Shown here in pieces: positions 63,101-64,000 of a stretch of DNA of 64,000 nt (within the stretch, counting starts at the first letter, position 1; each line of letters starts with the position of its first letter). The position numbers and the translations under genes are program-made. Source of the DNA: Podospora anserina (taxonomy: Eukaryota); NCBI GenBank assembly GCA_017654855.1, contig JAFMPO010000001.1, positions 868,001 through 932,000 on the forward strand, given 5' to 3'. The notes beneath the pieces are model-generated. The model did not search any database and was not told the DNA's origin. It saw only the letters and a program-made list of their open reading frames with translations.

Positions 63101-64000
63101 CCACCAATTGCCAGACCTCGACACATCTTGCACACAAACAGACGTAAACCTTTCAGAAACACCATCTCGCACAGGGCACGAAGGTACAGGAGAGCTCCCG
63201 TTCAGAGGCGCGCCAATCCTGGCTGGAATTGTTGGCGCTGGCCCGTCCCGCCCTCTCACAGCTCCCGCGAAACCGGAACCAAGCTCTGCCCAAAAAGCCA
63301 CAAAGTTTAGTTGGATGTATGTCTGTGTGTATGATGTTCCAGTTTGTGACCGATCACTTTGTAATCTTTTGTTGTCACTCGACCGAATGGGAAGGCTAAT
63401 GCTGGGTATGAACTCGTAAAACCGGGCGGACCTGGTCTGGCTTGCCGGGACTCGTCCGTGGTCTTTTGAACACCCCAAGTGGGAATGATGACACCAGGTT
63501 TCACGATCTAACAGCACAGCGCCCAAAAGAGCAGCAACACACGACATGTCTAACCCTGTTTATCCTTTTTATTCTTTCTTTCTTTCTTTCTCTATAGCCC
63601 CCCCCCAACCCCCCCCAACCCCCCCCAACCCCATTCCCAGCAATTCCTCCATGCCCTTCCCCCAGATAGTACAATCTCTCCCAAGCAGGCTGGGGTCGTT
63701 GTCTCTGAATCCACTCCTCCAGTTGTAAACCAGCAAAACTCCGGATCCGTTGTTTCTTGAACCATGGGTGCCGCCTTTTCATCTTTCCTCTCTTTGGCTC
63801 TTTTCCACCCTCGGCCGGCCTTCCCGGCCTGACCATACCTATAGTCCTCGAAAAAGTAAACACCACCCTCCCCTTGCACGACGTCCAAGCAAACGCAACC
63901 AAAGACGCTTTGTCGTGCGTCTTTGCATTGGAGGTTCACATCGAGCAGAGAAAAAGACGCCGCTTACTCAGTTGACCTCCTATCTCATGAATGCACCGGC

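Overview
Eukaryotic DNA from a filamentous ascomycete; short GT-AG introns with CTRAC branch sites and the gene content suggest Sordariales (Podospora-like), which is an inference. Positions 1-40.1 kb are gene dense: a kelch-like secreted protein, a Thr/Ser-rich GPI-type glycoprotein, a three-gene module (two divergent NmrA-like oxidoreductases and a Zn(II)2Cys6 regulator), DcpS, a GILT-like reductase, a RidA/YjgF protein missed by the ORF track, Nse1, a GPCR-like protein, an MFS transporter, an atypical hexokinase, Cef1, Bre2 and tubulin cofactor D. Positions 40.1-64 kb are largely non-coding and microsatellite rich, with only an uncharacterised ORF and a GH76 gene. The most notable observations are: all three genes of the NmrA/Zn2Cys6 module carry inactivating lesions while the flanking housekeeping genes are intact; the DcpS and GILT coding sequences overlap by 38 bp tail to tail; the GH76 TAG interrupts a 45-codon in-frame extension; TBCD contains a cryptic in-frame GC-AG intron; and a small secreted ORF is split by an 8-nt duplication. 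I found no tRNA, rRNA, CRISPR array or intact transposon, and nothing I can confidently call a wholly new biological system.
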